Below are positions 62,421 to 64,000 of a stretch of DNA of 64,000 bases, piece by piece (within the stretch, counting starts at the first letter, position 1; each line of letters opens with the position of its first letter). The position numbers and the translations under genes were made by a program. The stretch is taken from contig DOZJ01000003.1 in the NCBI GenBank assembly GCA_003518055.1, positions 2,046-66,045 of the forward strand, in the 5' to 3' direction. The notes under the pieces were generated by a model that saw nothing but the letters and a program-made list of their open reading frames with translations, searched no databases and was not told the DNA's origin. The DNA is from Candidatus Falkowbacteria bacterium (lineage in GTDB: Bacteria > Patescibacteriota > Patescibacteriia > UBA11705).

Positions 62421-63467
62421 TCATTGTAGAAACATCGCGTCGCCAAAACTATAAAAGCGGTATTTTTTTTTGATGGCCAAATTATACAGTTCCAATGTTT
62501 TTTCGCGGCCGATAAAGGCTGAAACCAGCATCAAGAGAGATGATTGAGGCAGATGGAAGTTGGTGATCATGGCGTCAATGACTTTGAACTTGTAGCCGGG
62601 GTAAATAAAAATATTAATTTCTCTCTTTATTGTTCTGGCTGGTTTGGTGGAGATAATATCCGGGGCTAAGGCTTCGAGCGTTCTTACCGACGTGGTACCG
62701 ACAGCAATCACCCGCCCGCCGGTTTTTTTTACCGCGCGGATTTTTTTTATTAAGGCCGATTTAATTTCAATAGCTTCGGCGTGTAGTTGGTGTTTTTCCA
62801 CGTCATCAACCGTAACCGGAGAAAAAGTCCCTAGACCGACGTGCAAAGTAAGAAATCCAACCCCAATCCCCTGCTTTTTTATTTTGGTCAACAATCGGCT
62901 GGTGAAATGTAGGCCGGCGGTCGGCGCGGCGGCGGAGCCTGATTGACGAGCGTATATTGTTTGATAAAAAGATTTAAGTTTAGCGTCCGTGGTTTTGAGT
63001 GAAGGATGAATGTAAGGTGGAATTGGGGTTTCACCGAAACGATTTAAAATCGCTTCGAATTTTTTTTCGGACACATTAAATTTGACGCGCCAGCTCTTGT
63101 CGTCAATTTTTGTGATTAAAACGGCTGATAATAAACTTGGAAAATTGACGCGGCTGCCCGGTTTCAAGTGGTGGCCGCGGATCATTGTTTCCCACTCTCC
63201 ATAGCCTAGATTTTTCAACAGTAAAAATTCAATTTTCCCGCCGGTTTCAGCTTTGAAGCCGTGAAGCCGGGCCGGTCTGACTTTGGTATCATTTAAAATC
63301 AATAAATCGCCCGGCCGCAGATAATCAGGCAGATGATTAAATGTTTGATGCGTGACTTTTTGCTCTTTTGAATCGTAAATGAGAAGTTTGCAGCTATCCC
63401 TTGGTGTTGCCGGGTGGCTGGCAATGAGAGTTGGCGGCAAATGATAATTAAAATCAGAGACTTTCAT
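62421..63467 (-). CDS. queA: S-adenosylmethionine:tRNA ribosyltransferase-isomerase
   Basis: MKVSDFNYHLPPTLIA..., SGSAAAPTAGLHFT and the C-terminal YRFYSFGDAMF. Confidence 0.95.
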   Translation of the reverse strand: MKVSDFNYHLPPTLIASHPATPRDSCKLLIYDSKEQKVTHQTFNHLPDYLRPGDLLILNDTKVRPARLHGFKAETGGKIEFLLLKNLGYGEWETMIRGHHLKPGSRVNFPSLLSAVLITKIDDKSWRVKFNVSEKKFEAILNRFGETPIPPYIHPSLKTTDAKLKSFYQTIYARQSGSAAAPTAGLHFTSRLLTKIKKQGIGVGFLTLHVGLGTFSPVTVDDVEKHQLHAEAIEIKSALIKKIRAVKKTGGRVIAVGTTSVRTLEALAPDIISTKPARTIKREINIFIYPGYKFKVIDAMITNFHLPQSSLLMLVSAFIGREKTLELYNLAIKKKYRFYSFGDAMFLQ

Positions 63468-63900
63468 GTATTTTTTGTTTTAGCATATCAATACTCAGAC
63501 GGTCATCATATTCTTCACCCACGTAGCTGAATAATACGTCGTGTTCTGATGATATTAAGTAAACAGCAGGCTTGGATGTCTTGTGGGTTTTGTAAACAGT
63601 GGTTAAACCAAGATCAGTGATGAGTTTTGTGTCCGGATCGGATAGAATCGGAAAGGGCAGCTTTAGAAACGTTTTCAATAGGCTGGATTTGAGCTGACTG
63701 TCATTGGAAATGGCGACGATCTTGATATTTTTTTGATTGAAGAAGTCTATGTTTTTGGCTAATTCAATTAATTGTTTTTTGCAATAACCGCACCAGGCGC
63801 CGCGAAAAAATATTAAAAGCACCGGATTGTTTTGGCCGTATTCATAAAGATTGAAATTGGAATTGTCAGGTGCCGTCAAGGTAAAATCGTTGAATCGCAT
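63454..63900 (-). CDS. Thioredoxin-fold peroxiredoxin-like protein (AhpC/TSA family)
   Basis: FFRGAWCGYCKKQL active-site region. ATG at 63900. The 3' end overlaps the queA start by 14 nt. Confidence 0.75.
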   Translation of the reverse strand: MRFNDFTLTAPDNSNFNLYEYGQNNPVLLIFFRGAWCGYCKKQLIELAKNIDFFNQKNIKIVAISNDSQLKSSLLKTFLKLPFPILSDPDTKLITDLGLTTVYKTHKTSKPAVYLISSEHDVLFSYVGEEYDDRLSIDMLKQKIHESL

Positions 63901-63905
63901 ATAAA

Positions 63906-64000
63906 TTAACAACAATCGTCGAGATGAAGGTTTTGGCTGATATTTTCGGCTTCAGCTTCATATTTTTTTAGGCAGTCTTCAGAGCAGAATTTCACTCCGT
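63906..64000 (-). CDS. C-terminal fragment of a gene running off the window (FCSEDC zinc-binding-like motif)
   Basis: The minus-strand frame reads ...GVKFCSEDCLKKYEAEAENISQNLHLDDCC*. The ORF is open to the window edge. Confidence 0.35.
   Translation of the reverse strand, partial: GVKFCSEDCLKKYEAEAENISQNLHLDDCC

Noticed and set aside
1-64000. Prophage, transposon or integron content
   Set aside because: No integrase, transposase, terminase, capsid or attC-like features were recognisable in any frame. The only foreign-looking DNA is the single-gene GC-rich island.

Overview
AT-rich bacterial window with short, tightly packed genes and many orphan ORFs. The gene content suggests a reduced-genome, Patescibacteria/CPR-like organism, but that is an inference and not a database result. 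I called about 60 genes. Housekeeping calls are mreC/mreD/PBP2, greA, lysS, serS, gltX, alr, an ftsQ-like gene, clpB, priA, def, fmt, queA, a SpoU methyltransferase and a YhaM-like RNase. There is also an envelope glycosylation cluster on the minus strand (53.7-57.8 kb). I found no rRNA, tRNA, CRISPR array, transposase or integrase. The main outlier is a sharply bounded GC-rich island (about 35650-36800) that matches a single 361-aa CDS (35683..36768). Its codon usage is completely unlike the host: 58 of the first 60 codons end in G or C. It sits in a repeat-bounded variable locus between gltX and a NUDIX gene. That locus also holds a GxxExxY (PD-(D/E)XK-fold) gene, two perfect consensus promoters and a 195-aa orphan. 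Other notable features: (1) a duplicated surface-protein module with 719-aa and 2317-aa lamin-tail-domain proteins that share an uncharacterised C-terminal repeat domain, each followed by a copy of an HExxH gene, one of them truncated; (2) a dispersed intergenic repeat family (core GTAACTGTAACTACGGAAGTTTGGCGG) at 9 or more loci, including a tandem array and a pair of ~130-nt near-identical copies; (3) a 697-aa protein made of 11 tandem ~58-aa repeats; (4) a PriA with degenerate Walker A and B motifs; (5) a GC-rich ~210-nt intergenic candidate structured RNA; (6) a decayed paralog pseudogene; (7) a CIRCE-like operator upstream of clpB. All functional calls rest on motifs read by eye, and no similarity search was run.
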